From the NCBI GenBank assembly GCA_027490985.1, contig JAIXXC010000093.1, forward strand, positions 4,293 through 68,292: DNA of 64,000 nt, in the 5' to 3' direction. The notes beneath the pieces are model-generated. The model was not told the origin of the DNA and searched no databases. It saw only the letters and a list, made by a program, of their open reading frames with translations. This document shows, piece after piece, positions 58,501-64,000 of the stretch; the stretch's first letter is position 1; each line of letters opens with the position of its first letter. A program made the translations under genes and the position numbers. Source of the DNA: Verrucomicrobiales bacterium. GTDB taxonomy: Bacteria; Verrucomicrobiota; Verrucomicrobiia; Limisphaerales; UBA9464.

Positions 58501-60873
58501 ATCACCCCGCTGACCCACCGCATCGCCATCCGGGCCACCAACACCGCACCGATTCTGCAGGAGTACTACTCGTACCAGGTGCCGACCAGCAACGTGCTCG
58601 GAGTCACCTTCACCGTCACGGGCCAGACCCGCGATGTGGATCTGTACGCGGTGCGGGCTCCGAAGCTCCCGGGCGTGGGTCAATACGATTACGCCTCGGT
58701 GACACCGGATGGCACGAATGAGACCCTGGTCATCCACCTCGACAGTCAACCGGTCGCCCTGGCTCCGGGACTGTGGTACCTCGCGGTCACCAATACCTCG
58801 GCCATTCCCGGGGCCGCTTACAGCATCATGGTCGTCGAGCAGCGCGGCCGCATCCAGGAGTTGAAGCCGGGTCAATCCGTCACCGCCAGCCATACCGGCA
58901 CCGACGACGACTACTACTACGTCACCCTGCCCGACGATGCGTCGGCTCTGCGGGTGCGCACGCGCGGAGCGGCTCAAGACCTGATCCTCAGTTCCCGCAG
59001 CCGGCTCCCGGTGCCGACCCCCACCAGCTTCGAATACCGGAGCGACACGGTCGGCTCGGGCGATGAGGACCTGCTCGTGACCACCAACTCCACTCCCGTC
59101 GCCCTGGCGGGTGGACGGTGGTATTTCGCCGTGACCAGCGTCGATGGCTTGCCCGGGCCCTACACGATCTCGGCCGACCTGCGTCTCAAGGACGCCGTGT
59201 TCGAGACGTTGACCAACGAGTTGTGGTTCGAGGCCCAGGCCACCAACGGTCCGGTGGATCTCGACTTCGTCTTCCGCAATCCGGGCGAGGTGAGTGGCAT
59301 CACCTTCGAGCTCGACCAGTTGACCGGCGAGGCCGACCTGGCGGTCAGCCCCGACGAGCCTCTGCCCTTGTCGGCGGTGTCCTTCGCCAATGCCCAGCCG
59401 GGCACCCAGTCCGAGCGGGTCACGGTGCTGGCCGGTCGTGATCTGCCTTCGCTGGGGCGCGATTGGTATCTCCGCGTCCGCCTGCCCTCGACGGGGCCCG
59501 TGCGCTTCCGCATCCGGGCCAGTCTCAATCGTCCGCCGGTGTGGACCGATGTGGGCACGCGCCGGGTGACCGAGGGGCTCCGCCTGTCTCTCACGCTCAA
59601 GGCGACCGATCCCGATCCCTATGGGCAGACGGTGACCTATGGTCTGGTGGCAGGTCCGGCGGGCCTCACGGTGAGCACCAACGGTGTGCTGACGTGGCAA
59701 CCCACCGAGGCGCAGGGTCCGAGCACCAATCGGGTGATCGTCTTCGCCACCGACGGGCTGATGTCGGCGACCAACGAGTTCACCATCCTGGTCCGTGAGT
59801 CGAACCAGCCGCCGGTATGGACCAACCCGGGAACGCGGAAGATCACCGAGGGTTTGCTGGCGTCGTTCCAACTGGTGGCCACGGATGCCGACCTGCCGGT
59901 GCAGTCGCTGGTCTTCGGATTGGTGAAGGGTCCGGACGGGCTCACCGTGAGCACCAACGGTCTGGTCAATTGGCAGCCCACCGAGGCGCAGGGGCCGAGC
60001 ACCAATCGGGTGACCGTGACCGTGAGCGATGGTGGGGTGACGGTGCCGCAGGACTTCGACATCATCGTGCGCGAATCCAACCGGTTGCCCGTGTGGGTGA
60101 CGCTCATCACCACGCGTCGGGTGGCCGAAGGTTCGCTGCTGTCCTTCAATGTCCAGGCCACCGACAGCGATCTTCCGGCACAGCCACTGACCTATCGTCT
60201 GCTCAATGGCCCGACCGGTCTGGTTGTCACGACCAACGGCCTGGTGTCCTGGACCCCGACCGAGGCCCAGGGCCCCAGCACCAATCGGGTCCGCATCGGA
60301 GTCGGTGACGGCGTGGGCAACATTTCCCAGGAGTTCGACATCATCGTGGCCGAGCGCAATCAGCCGCCGGTGTGGACCAACCCGGGCACGCGCCGGGTGA
60401 CCGAGGGTCTGCAGTTGACCTTCACCCTGAAGGCCACCGATGCCGACCTGCCGGTCCAGACGCTGAGTTATTCGCTGGTCCAGGGTCCTGCCGGACTGAA
60501 GGTGTCGACCAATGGTGTGCTGTCCTGGAAGCCGACCGCGGCCCAGGGGCCCAGCACCAACCGTGTCCAGGTGAGTGTGAGCGACGGCGTCGTCTCGGTG
60601 GCGCAGGAGTTCAACATCGTGGTCCAGGAGCCGCCGGCGGTCGAGGCCCGCCTGACCCTGGTGCTCACGTCGCCGAACGGATTCGAGATCGTCTTCGTGG
60701 GTCCGTTTGGCGGTCAGTACATCCTGCAACAGAGCGCTTCACTCGACGGGCCTTGGGTGGCCGTGCCGGGAGTCCAGAAACCCCTCACCGCGGCGGGCTT
60801 GAACGAGCCTCTCAAGGTGGCCTTGCCGGCCACGGCCTCGCCTGAGGCCTTCTACCGCTTCACCAAGCCTTGA
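52585..60873 (+). CDS. giant secreted multidomain subtilisin (S8) - P-domain - LamG - PPC - cadherin-like protein (2762 aa)
   Basis: It starts 22 nt after the GspK-like gene and has an N-terminal signal/anchor and two I9-like propeptide modules. The S8 triad motifs are NINDSGIDWTHPDL (Asp), DGHGTHVAGTIAG (His), NNSWG (Asn) and SGTSMAAPAVSGLLAQ (Ser). Further modules are proprotein-convertase P-domain-like segments (VQVGVRAEHARASDLALRLVTPGG; GLWQLQTTDARGGESGLLLDWQLRF), LamG-like modules, several PPC-like modules and 4 tandem cadherin-like repeats. Confidence 0.9.
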   Translation: MRPSRSLIVAIALAVGSLGLYRWVQPPAANPASSVTGLTTTPVDPASAIGRSLAVSAHVAAKRLAVRPLEAGRRPAPQDAEFPWRARNTAKTVDQLRSDPRALVLRNALIDTRTGEPLPLPEALVAGPEPGFHIVQFSHEPDAESRRRLEEQRLQVVSYLPVNAFLVQGSDESIERLALDADIASVSPWHPAFKLEPELLTRAIDGRPLEAGDRLMLSLTDPEAFPRLESLGVREVSRQRSPFGTLVTVDVPPDALVSLARSPEVHLIEKAHRRELLNDRSAYQLGSATDVTNTASYRGLTGSNVVVNINDSGIDWTHPDLTTNRVFTVGSQTNLLTDTDGHGTHVAGTIAGSGARSLEIQGPAQGSVTNAQLRGLAPNAKLFILPIDLQTGPTISDAFLQEQAAMTNALISNNSWGYTGAYEYNSISASYDAASRDALPETTGEQPVLFVFAAGNSGQGGNNGVGGLRGSVTVPGNAKNVITVGALESKRNLTNAVVLDDEGRVIWAGGKQFREPGTNAELTTNLVLRAATDTDTEVANFSSRGNVGIGIEGSYGRFKPDVVAPGSQILSARSAQWKLEDEYDTNSVQYAVFDDLNRPVAPWYRFLSGTSMAAPAVSGLLAQIQEFWHRPGITLPRYIEAAAYKALVINSARPSADVYAPDFRSVMNYTGWGQPSLPRALDSGVRLTRADGAIVELAGFAGELATGASQSLRLKLTTNEVAATGAFHFTLVWTDPPGNPAAGLKLVNDLDLIVSNTVTGEVFVGNDLARTGYTAGRPGTNAFEVVEAGVTNSVFDSVNNVERVVLEPPLAPEYVIHVVARRVNVNALASREFQNLQNRTNIVQDFVVALSSDAASDNAIVATAEYVTASSGGGFGVVQPPPISVVATNGIPVSASRVGAQSPLVGGAAGQSAQWHFFVFTNLFNAEAAAATGLTNGQYVEFVISSAANLARPRGPGGTGSRLRDRVLGPDLDLYMSTDPGLTNLQASALASAYRSTLQGFDERIEITNAPANGEVYYIGVKAEDQQAGEFELVVRSSDQPFHVLGANGYSLLMTPIGGGRAIPDGSPDAPGVVRYFGTGPSGITRNVTFTQSLLHDNFFDLQGTLIHAGYGVTINNRRSIRDYGTGLTQVSGPVMGLYDDIPGLRFPGGQPTDGPSSTLLDFSGLGSTGSWNYLLQDDVLGGSGSLTSVQLQVQPQVLPAFDQRVFENICLGPQAYDFRLRIVPPDASRLIIEVTNMVPANLPLEVYIRREAFPDPDNPEVNDRVATLLGPGVISISVRDVPALQAGTYFVLFHNPSGVELCFDVAIYGERNLSSKFTRTIEGRSASLADVARTVASVQVDDARPVSDVQVGVRAEHARASDLALRLVTPGGASALLFENRGLTSTNGLGGVLVTSNYQHVALSLDRAGGVARIYFNGEVVAEQAVQLSPSNTPTSFHLGSLGSANLPGSPIQLDDFGLWRRSLREAEIRQIYDEGTFGRAKATNLATAGLAALWPLDRFGVDTIAGQTISSVGTTVAGQMNFGMRQTGTGTGAISTDSRIRDIGNLPGLTLEGWIKPVSGNERLIVGGWYDAANKRTGPALFVGQAAPLGNGPGSLSAIFQDANGNRVVLSTPSGLFPTGGVVTNRAFAVFGDSTNGVYTPIKFAPTPYLSRIVPQVLYSNDWETLTPGEYVAGTNSLEGWVVLTNRVSILAGGAEGQVLDLRNAAVERQFDLNIGQAYRLAFTSRKSPTAKTAVNAQVWVDGSSVLRVDSTPGWVTNTASFVARSSRSAVGFVSTSPPASNTNFPAGLEIGQVWLDQDGSPLVYQPEEPLRPLMGQPGTGLWQLQTTDARGGESGLLLDWQLRFTFMPTNPPTFRLTNGIAFTTNIVGADIRYFVVDVPLEAERATNTLINVSGGPLTMLYSASGLPDATESDTVTVVSGLAAGQAFAGTLDSNLPPLLPRGQRYYLAVRGAGGTSSNQFSLQADFGVRITPLTHRIAIRATNTAPILQEYYSYQVPTSNVLGVTFTVTGQTRDVDLYAVRAPKLPGVGQYDYASVTPDGTNETLVIHLDSQPVALAPGLWYLAVTNTSAIPGAAYSIMVVEQRGRIQELKPGQSVTASHTGTDDDYYYVTLPDDASALRVRTRGAAQDLILSSRSRLPVPTPTSFEYRSDTVGSGDEDLLVTTNSTPVALAGGRWYFAVTSVDGLPGPYTISADLRLKDAVFETLTNELWFEAQATNGPVDLDFVFRNPGEVSGITFELDQLTGEADLAVSPDEPLPLSAVSFANAQPGTQSERVTVLAGRDLPSLGRDWYLRVRLPSTGPVRFRIRASLNRPPVWTDVGTRRVTEGLRLSLTLKATDPDPYGQTVTYGLVAGPAGLTVSTNGVLTWQPTEAQGPSTNRVIVFATDGLMSATNEFTILVRESNQPPVWTNPGTRKITEGLLASFQLVATDADLPVQSLVFGLVKGPDGLTVSTNGLVNWQPTEAQGPSTNRVTVTVSDGGVTVPQDFDIIVRESNRLPVWVTLITTRRVAEGSLLSFNVQATDSDLPAQPLTYRLLNGPTGLVVTTNGLVSWTPTEAQGPSTNRVRIGVGDGVGNISQEFDIIVAERNQPPVWTNPGTRRVTEGLQLTFTLKATDADLPVQTLSYSLVQGPAGLKVSTNGVLSWKPTAAQGPSTNRVQVSVSDGVVSVAQEFNIVVQEPPAVEARLTLVLTSPNGFEIVFVGPFGGQYILQQSASLDGPWVAVPGVQKPLTAAGLNEPLKVALPATASPEAFYRFTKP
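59527..60630 (+). repeat. four tandem ~276-nt coding repeats (cadherin-like / He_PIG-type Ig domains) inside the giant S8 gene
   Basis: Repeat units start at 59527, 59803, 60079 and 60358. Each encodes N(Q/R)PPVWTxxGTRxxTEGxxLxFxLxATDxDLPxQxLxYxLVxGPxGLxVSTNGxLxWxPTEAQGPSTNRVxVxVxDG...FxIxV. Long near-identical nucleotide stretches occur between units (e.g. CCCACCGAGGCGCAGGG.CCGAGCACCAATCGGGTGA). Confidence 0.9.
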
Positions 60874-60883
60874 GTCGGACCCT

Positions 60884-60909
60884 GGCCTGTCTCCGTTCGG
60901 AGACGGGCC
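60884..60909 (+). terminator. strong hairpin after the giant S8 gene (convergent with mtnA)
   Basis: GGCCTGTCTCC-GTTC-GGAGACGGGCC forms an 11-bp stem with one G-U pair and a tetraloop. It starts 11 nt after the stop. The T-run (ATTTT) is only 14 nt further on, so this is not a textbook intrinsic terminator. Confidence 0.5.
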
Positions 60910-60990
60910 GGGTGCTCCTGCATTTTGGGTCGGCCACCTGGGCCAGGTGATTCCGGTTGGGTCGGGCGGATCCGAGGAGCGAGTCCGCGG

Positions 60991-62097
60991 TCAGTGCTTG
61001 CCGCGCAACTTGCCCAGAGCCTTCGGCTTGAGGATCCCGTGCGGGGTGATGATTCCGGTGATCAACTCCGGCGGGGTCACATCGAATCCCGGATTGCGGG
61101 CCGTGCTGGTGGGGTTGGCGATCCGGACATAGGCCCGTTTTCCGGGTTTTCCTCCCTTGCCGGGAAGCACTCCCCAGGCGCCGAGCACCTCATCGCCGGA
61201 GCGGTCTTCGATGGGAATTTCGAGGCCGGAGCCCAGCTCCCAGTCGATGGTGGACAGCGGAATGGCCACGTAGAAGGGGATGCGGTGCCGGTGCGCGAGC
61301 ACGGCCTTGGTGTAGGTGCCGATCTTGTTGGCCACCTCACCGGTCTTTCCGAGCACCCGGTCGCTGCCCACGATCACCAGGTCGATCTCGCCACGGCTCA
61401 TCAGGAATCCGGCCGCGGAGTCGGCGATGATCTGGTGACTGACGCCCTGCTGGGCCAGCTCCCACGCGGTCAGCGAGGCACCCTGGCAGCGGGGCCGGGT
61501 TTCGTCGCAATAGACATGGAACTTCCGCCCCGCCGCCTGCGCGGCGTAGATCGGGGCCGTCGCCGTGCCGATGTCCACGAAGGCCAGCCACCCGGCATTG
61601 CAGTGGGTCAGCACCCGCATGCCGTCCCGGATGAGGGAGGCCCCGTGTTCGCCGAGCGCCCGGCAATGCTCGACGTCTTCCTCGGCGAACCGGGAAGCCG
61701 CCGCGAAGGCGATGTCCTGGCGTTCCGAGACCGTCTCGCCGACGGACATCTCCTCGCGCACCGCAGTCATGGCGTTGACCGGGTCCACGGCCGTGGGGCG
61801 TGCGTGTTTCAGGGTTTGATAGACCGTCTCGAGGTGCGCTTCGAAGCGGTCGATCCGGTTGCCGCGAAAAGCTCGGGCCCCCTGGGCCAGACCATAGGCC
61901 GCGGTGGCTCCGATGGCCCCGGCCCCGCGGACCACCATGGAGGTGATCGCTTCGGCCGTCTCGCGGTAGTCCCGGGTCTTCACCAGGCGGAACTCGTGAG
62001 GCAGGAGGCGTTGCTCGATGAGCACCACCGAATTGGACAGGGCGTCGAAGGAGACGGTGCGATGGTGCTGGCGCTTGCCGCGAAGCGTGACGTTCAT
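60991..62097 (-). CDS. mtnA: S-methyl-5-thioribose-1-phosphate isomerase
   Basis: Start at MNVTLRGKRQHH (an internal ATG of ORF 60991..62133). Motifs are VVRGAGAIGATAAYGLAQG, THCNAGWLA, CDETRPRCQGASLTAWEL, VIVGSDRVLGKTGEVANKIGTY and IPFYVAIPLSTID. Confidence 0.9.
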   Translation of the reverse strand: MNVTLRGKRQHHRTVSFDALSNSVVLIEQRLLPHEFRLVKTRDYRETAEAITSMVVRGAGAIGATAAYGLAQGARAFRGNRIDRFEAHLETVYQTLKHARPTAVDPVNAMTAVREEMSVGETVSERQDIAFAAASRFAEEDVEHCRALGEHGASLIRDGMRVLTHCNAGWLAFVDIGTATAPIYAAQAAGRKFHVYCDETRPRCQGASLTAWELAQQGVSHQIIADSAAGFLMSRGEIDLVIVGSDRVLGKTGEVANKIGTYTKAVLAHRHRIPFYVAIPLSTIDWELGSGLEIPIEDRSGDEVLGAWGVLPGKGGKPGKRAYVRIANPTSTARNPGFDVTPPELITGIITPHGILKPKALGKLRGKH

Positions 62098-62163
62098 GGC
62101 CCCGACGCTAGGCCAGGAGCAGGGCGTACCCAAGCCCGGAGGCGATTCACCGAGGCTGTCAAC

Positions 62164-62236
62164 GGAGGCGGGTTGGAACCCGCCTCCCGGGCGATCGGAT
62201 GACCCGAACCATCGGTGCGGACTGGCGGTTCGGGTC
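62164..62236 (-). terminator. two tandem hairpins directly downstream of the helicase gene
   Basis: GACCCGAACC-N16-GGTTCGGGTC (62201..62236) has a 10-bp perfect stem and starts 3 nt after the stop. GGAGGCGGG-TTGGAA-CCCGCCTCC (62164..62187) has a 9-bp perfect stem. Neither has an obvious U-tract. Confidence 0.4.
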
Positions 62237-62238
62237 GA

Positions 62239-64000
62239 TCAGGCGACCTTGGCCTTGATGCGCTTGCCGCCGAATTCAGCCCGCTTGAGGCGCGACACGA
62301 ACGAGGCGGCCCGGTCGCCCGGAACCTCGACGAAGGTGTGCCGTTCGCGGATGTCGATGCGGCCGATCGAGGCGGCCGGCTCGCCGGTGGTGCCCAGGAT
62401 GAATTCGCGCAGGGCGTCCGCGGTCGCCCCCTGCTCTTCGCCGGTGCTGATCCACAGCCGGGTGATGCCCACGGTCGGAGCCGCCGCGGGCGACTTCGAA
62501 TCGACGGCCTCGGCTTCGTTGGGGCGCGGAGTCAGGTGAGGGGGGATGACTTTCGAAGCCTTGGCAGCCGGAACGGTCGGGACAGGAGAGTCCGATCCGG
62601 GAGTTGAGGCCACGGGGGGCGTAGGGGCTGTCGCGGGGTTGGCCGCGGCCTTCGGCGCACGCGGCCGCGGCACGGGAGCCGCGGTCACCGGAGCGGCGGG
62701 GGGCACGGGTGAAGCCGAGACGGCGGGCGGCACGAACGGCACGGGCGTGGGGGGCAGTGCGGATGCCGGTGCGGGAGCTGGGGCCTTGGTGGCTCGGGGC
62801 AATTCATGCTTCACGCGCTCGGGCCGCGCGGGTTCCACGGTCCGGGGTTCGAACTTGCGCGGCGCCGGATCCATCGGAGCCGGCGCGATCTGTGCGGCCG
62901 GGGCCACGGGCGTGCGAGGGGCGGGAGCGGAGGCGCGGGCCGCCGGGGCCTTGGCGACAGTCGGGCTCGATCCGGCGGTCGGAGCAGTGGTCGACGGATC
63001 GGCCGAGGGCGGGGCGGATGGCGACGCCTTGGCCGGTTTGGCGGTCTTGGGAGCCTCTTCGCTGGGCTTGCTGATGAGCCGGTGGATGGCTGCGCTGGCC
63101 ACGTCGAGAGAATCGAACCCTTCCTCCAACAAGGCTTCGATCACGTGATCGTAGTGGCGGAAGTCGCCGGCCTGCAGAGTTTCCCGGAGACTCTTGAGGA
63201 ATTGGTCGCGGCGGGCGTCTTCGATCTCGCCCGTGCTGGGGATCTCGCCCCGGCGCACCCGCTGGCGGGTGAAGCGCTCGATGTCGCGGATGAGGAACAC
63301 CTCGCGACCGCTGGCGAAGGAGATGCCCAAGCCGCTGCGTCCGGCGCGTCCGGTACGGCCGATCCGGTGGACGTAGTCTTCGGCGTCGTAGGGGAGGTCG
63401 AAGTTGAAGACCACCTGGATGTCGTCGACGTCGATGCCGCGGGCCGCCACGTCGGTGGCCACCAGGAAGCGGAGTCCGCCGGAGCGGAACTTGCTCATCA
63501 CCCGGTCGCGGGAGGCCTGGGGCATGCCGCCGTGGATGCAGTCGGCGGTGTAGCCGGCACCGATGAGTTCTTCGGTCAGCTCGTTCACCACCCGTTGGGT
63601 GTTGGCGAAGATGATGCCCAGGGTCACGTCGTGCAGGTCGATCAGCCGGGTGAGGGCCTCGAACTTCCAACGCCGATCCACTTCGAAGTACACCTGCTCG
63701 ATGGTCGGTACGGTCAGCGCCTTGGCTTCGATGCGGACCCGCACCGGTTGGCGGGTGTACCGGGCGATGAGTTCCTCGATGGGCCGCGGCACCGTGGCCG
63801 AGAACATCACGGTCTGGCGCTCGGGAGGCGTGGACGAGAGGATCTTCTCGATATCGTCGCGGAAGCCCATGTTGAGCATCTCGTCGGCCTCGTCGAGGAT
63901 GACGGTCTTGATGCCTCCGAGCTGCAGGGTCTTGCGGTCGATGTGGTCGATGACGCGGCCGGGCGTGCCGATGATGACATTGGCGCCGGCGCGCAGACCG
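62239..64000 (-). CDS. DEAD-box ATP-dependent RNA helicase (DeaD/CsdA-like, with DbpA-type C-terminal RNA-binding domain); N-terminus beyond window end
   Basis: The ORF track starts at an internal Met (MLNMGFRDDIE). The upstream in-frame sequence reads ...ILDEADEMLNMGF, which is the DEAD box. Motifs SAT, IIFANT, HGGMPQ and HRIGRTGRAGRSG follow. Then come a long Pro/Ala-rich linker and a DbpA-like domain (TRLWISTGEEQGATADALREFI...IDIRERHTFVEV). Confidence 0.9.
   Translation of the reverse strand, partial: GLRAGANVIIGTPGRVIDHIDRKTLQLGGIKTVILDEADEMLNMGFRDDIEKILSSTPPERQTVMFSATVPRPIEELIARYTRQPVRVRIEAKALTVPTIEQVYFEVDRRWKFEALTRLIDLHDVTLGIIFANTQRVVNELTEELIGAGYTADCIHGGMPQASRDRVMSKFRSGGLRFLVATDVAARGIDVDDIQVVFNFDLPYDAEDYVHRIGRTGRAGRSGLGISFASGREVFLIRDIERFTRQRVRRGEIPSTGEIEDARRDQFLKSLRETLQAGDFRHYDHVIEALLEEGFDSLDVASAAIHRLISKPSEEAPKTAKPAKASPSAPPSADPSTTAPTAGSSPTVAKAPAARASAPAPRTPVAPAAQIAPAPMDPAPRKFEPRTVEPARPERVKHELPRATKAPAPAPASALPPTPVPFVPPAVSASPVPPAAPVTAAPVPRPRAPKAAANPATAPTPPVASTPGSDSPVPTVPAAKASKVIPPHLTPRPNEAEAVDSKSPAAAPTVGITRLWISTGEEQGATADALREFILGTTGEPAASIGRIDIRERHTFVEVPGDRAASFVSRLKRAEFGGKRIKAKVA

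Noticed and set aside
59527-60630. Regular ~276-nt periodic repeats considered as a possible CRISPR-like or satellite array
   Set aside because: The period is far too long for CRISPR and there are no short spacer/repeat units. The repeats are in frame within the giant S8 ORF and encode cadherin-like domains.

Overview
High-GC (by eye about 65%) bacterial chromosome segment. The gene content points to the PVC superphylum, Verrucomicrobiota or Planctomycetota: a DUF1549/DUF1553 + DUF1501 pair, many prepilin-like genes with FxDGH-type C-termini, PQQ-propeller giants and few Shine-Dalgarno sites. I found no rRNA, tRNA, CRISPR array, transposase or integrase.

The first 36 kb is housekeeping and accessory. 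It holds mutL (partial), several phosphate-scavenging hydrolases (GDPD, PhoD, a PLC-like protein, a beta-propeller-phosphoesterase fusion) around a phoB/phoR-like two-component pair, an SRAP peptidase, an M19 dipeptidase, an RND pump without an adaptor gene, a serine hydrolase, dxr, a TolC-family protein, HAD and Gfo/Idh/MocA enzymes, and the DUF1549/1553 + DUF1501 pair.

The main feature is a ~25-kb type IV filament (T2SS/T4P-like) locus at about 36.1-60.9 kb.
- Operon 1 is gspE-pilT-gspE-gspF and ends in a textbook intrinsic terminator.
- A lower-GC wedge follows, carrying a BrnT/BrnA toxin-antitoxin pair.
- Then comes a tightly packed 17.6-kb operon of five pseudopilins, a 1552-aa GspK-like giant pseudopilin and a 2762-aa secreted protein (subtilisin, P-domain, LamG, PPC and cadherin-like modules).
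- No secretin, alignment subcomplex or prepilin peptidase lies in the window.

The window ends with mtnA and a partial DEAD-box helicase. Many very long antisense or off-frame ORFs in the track are high-GC artefacts.
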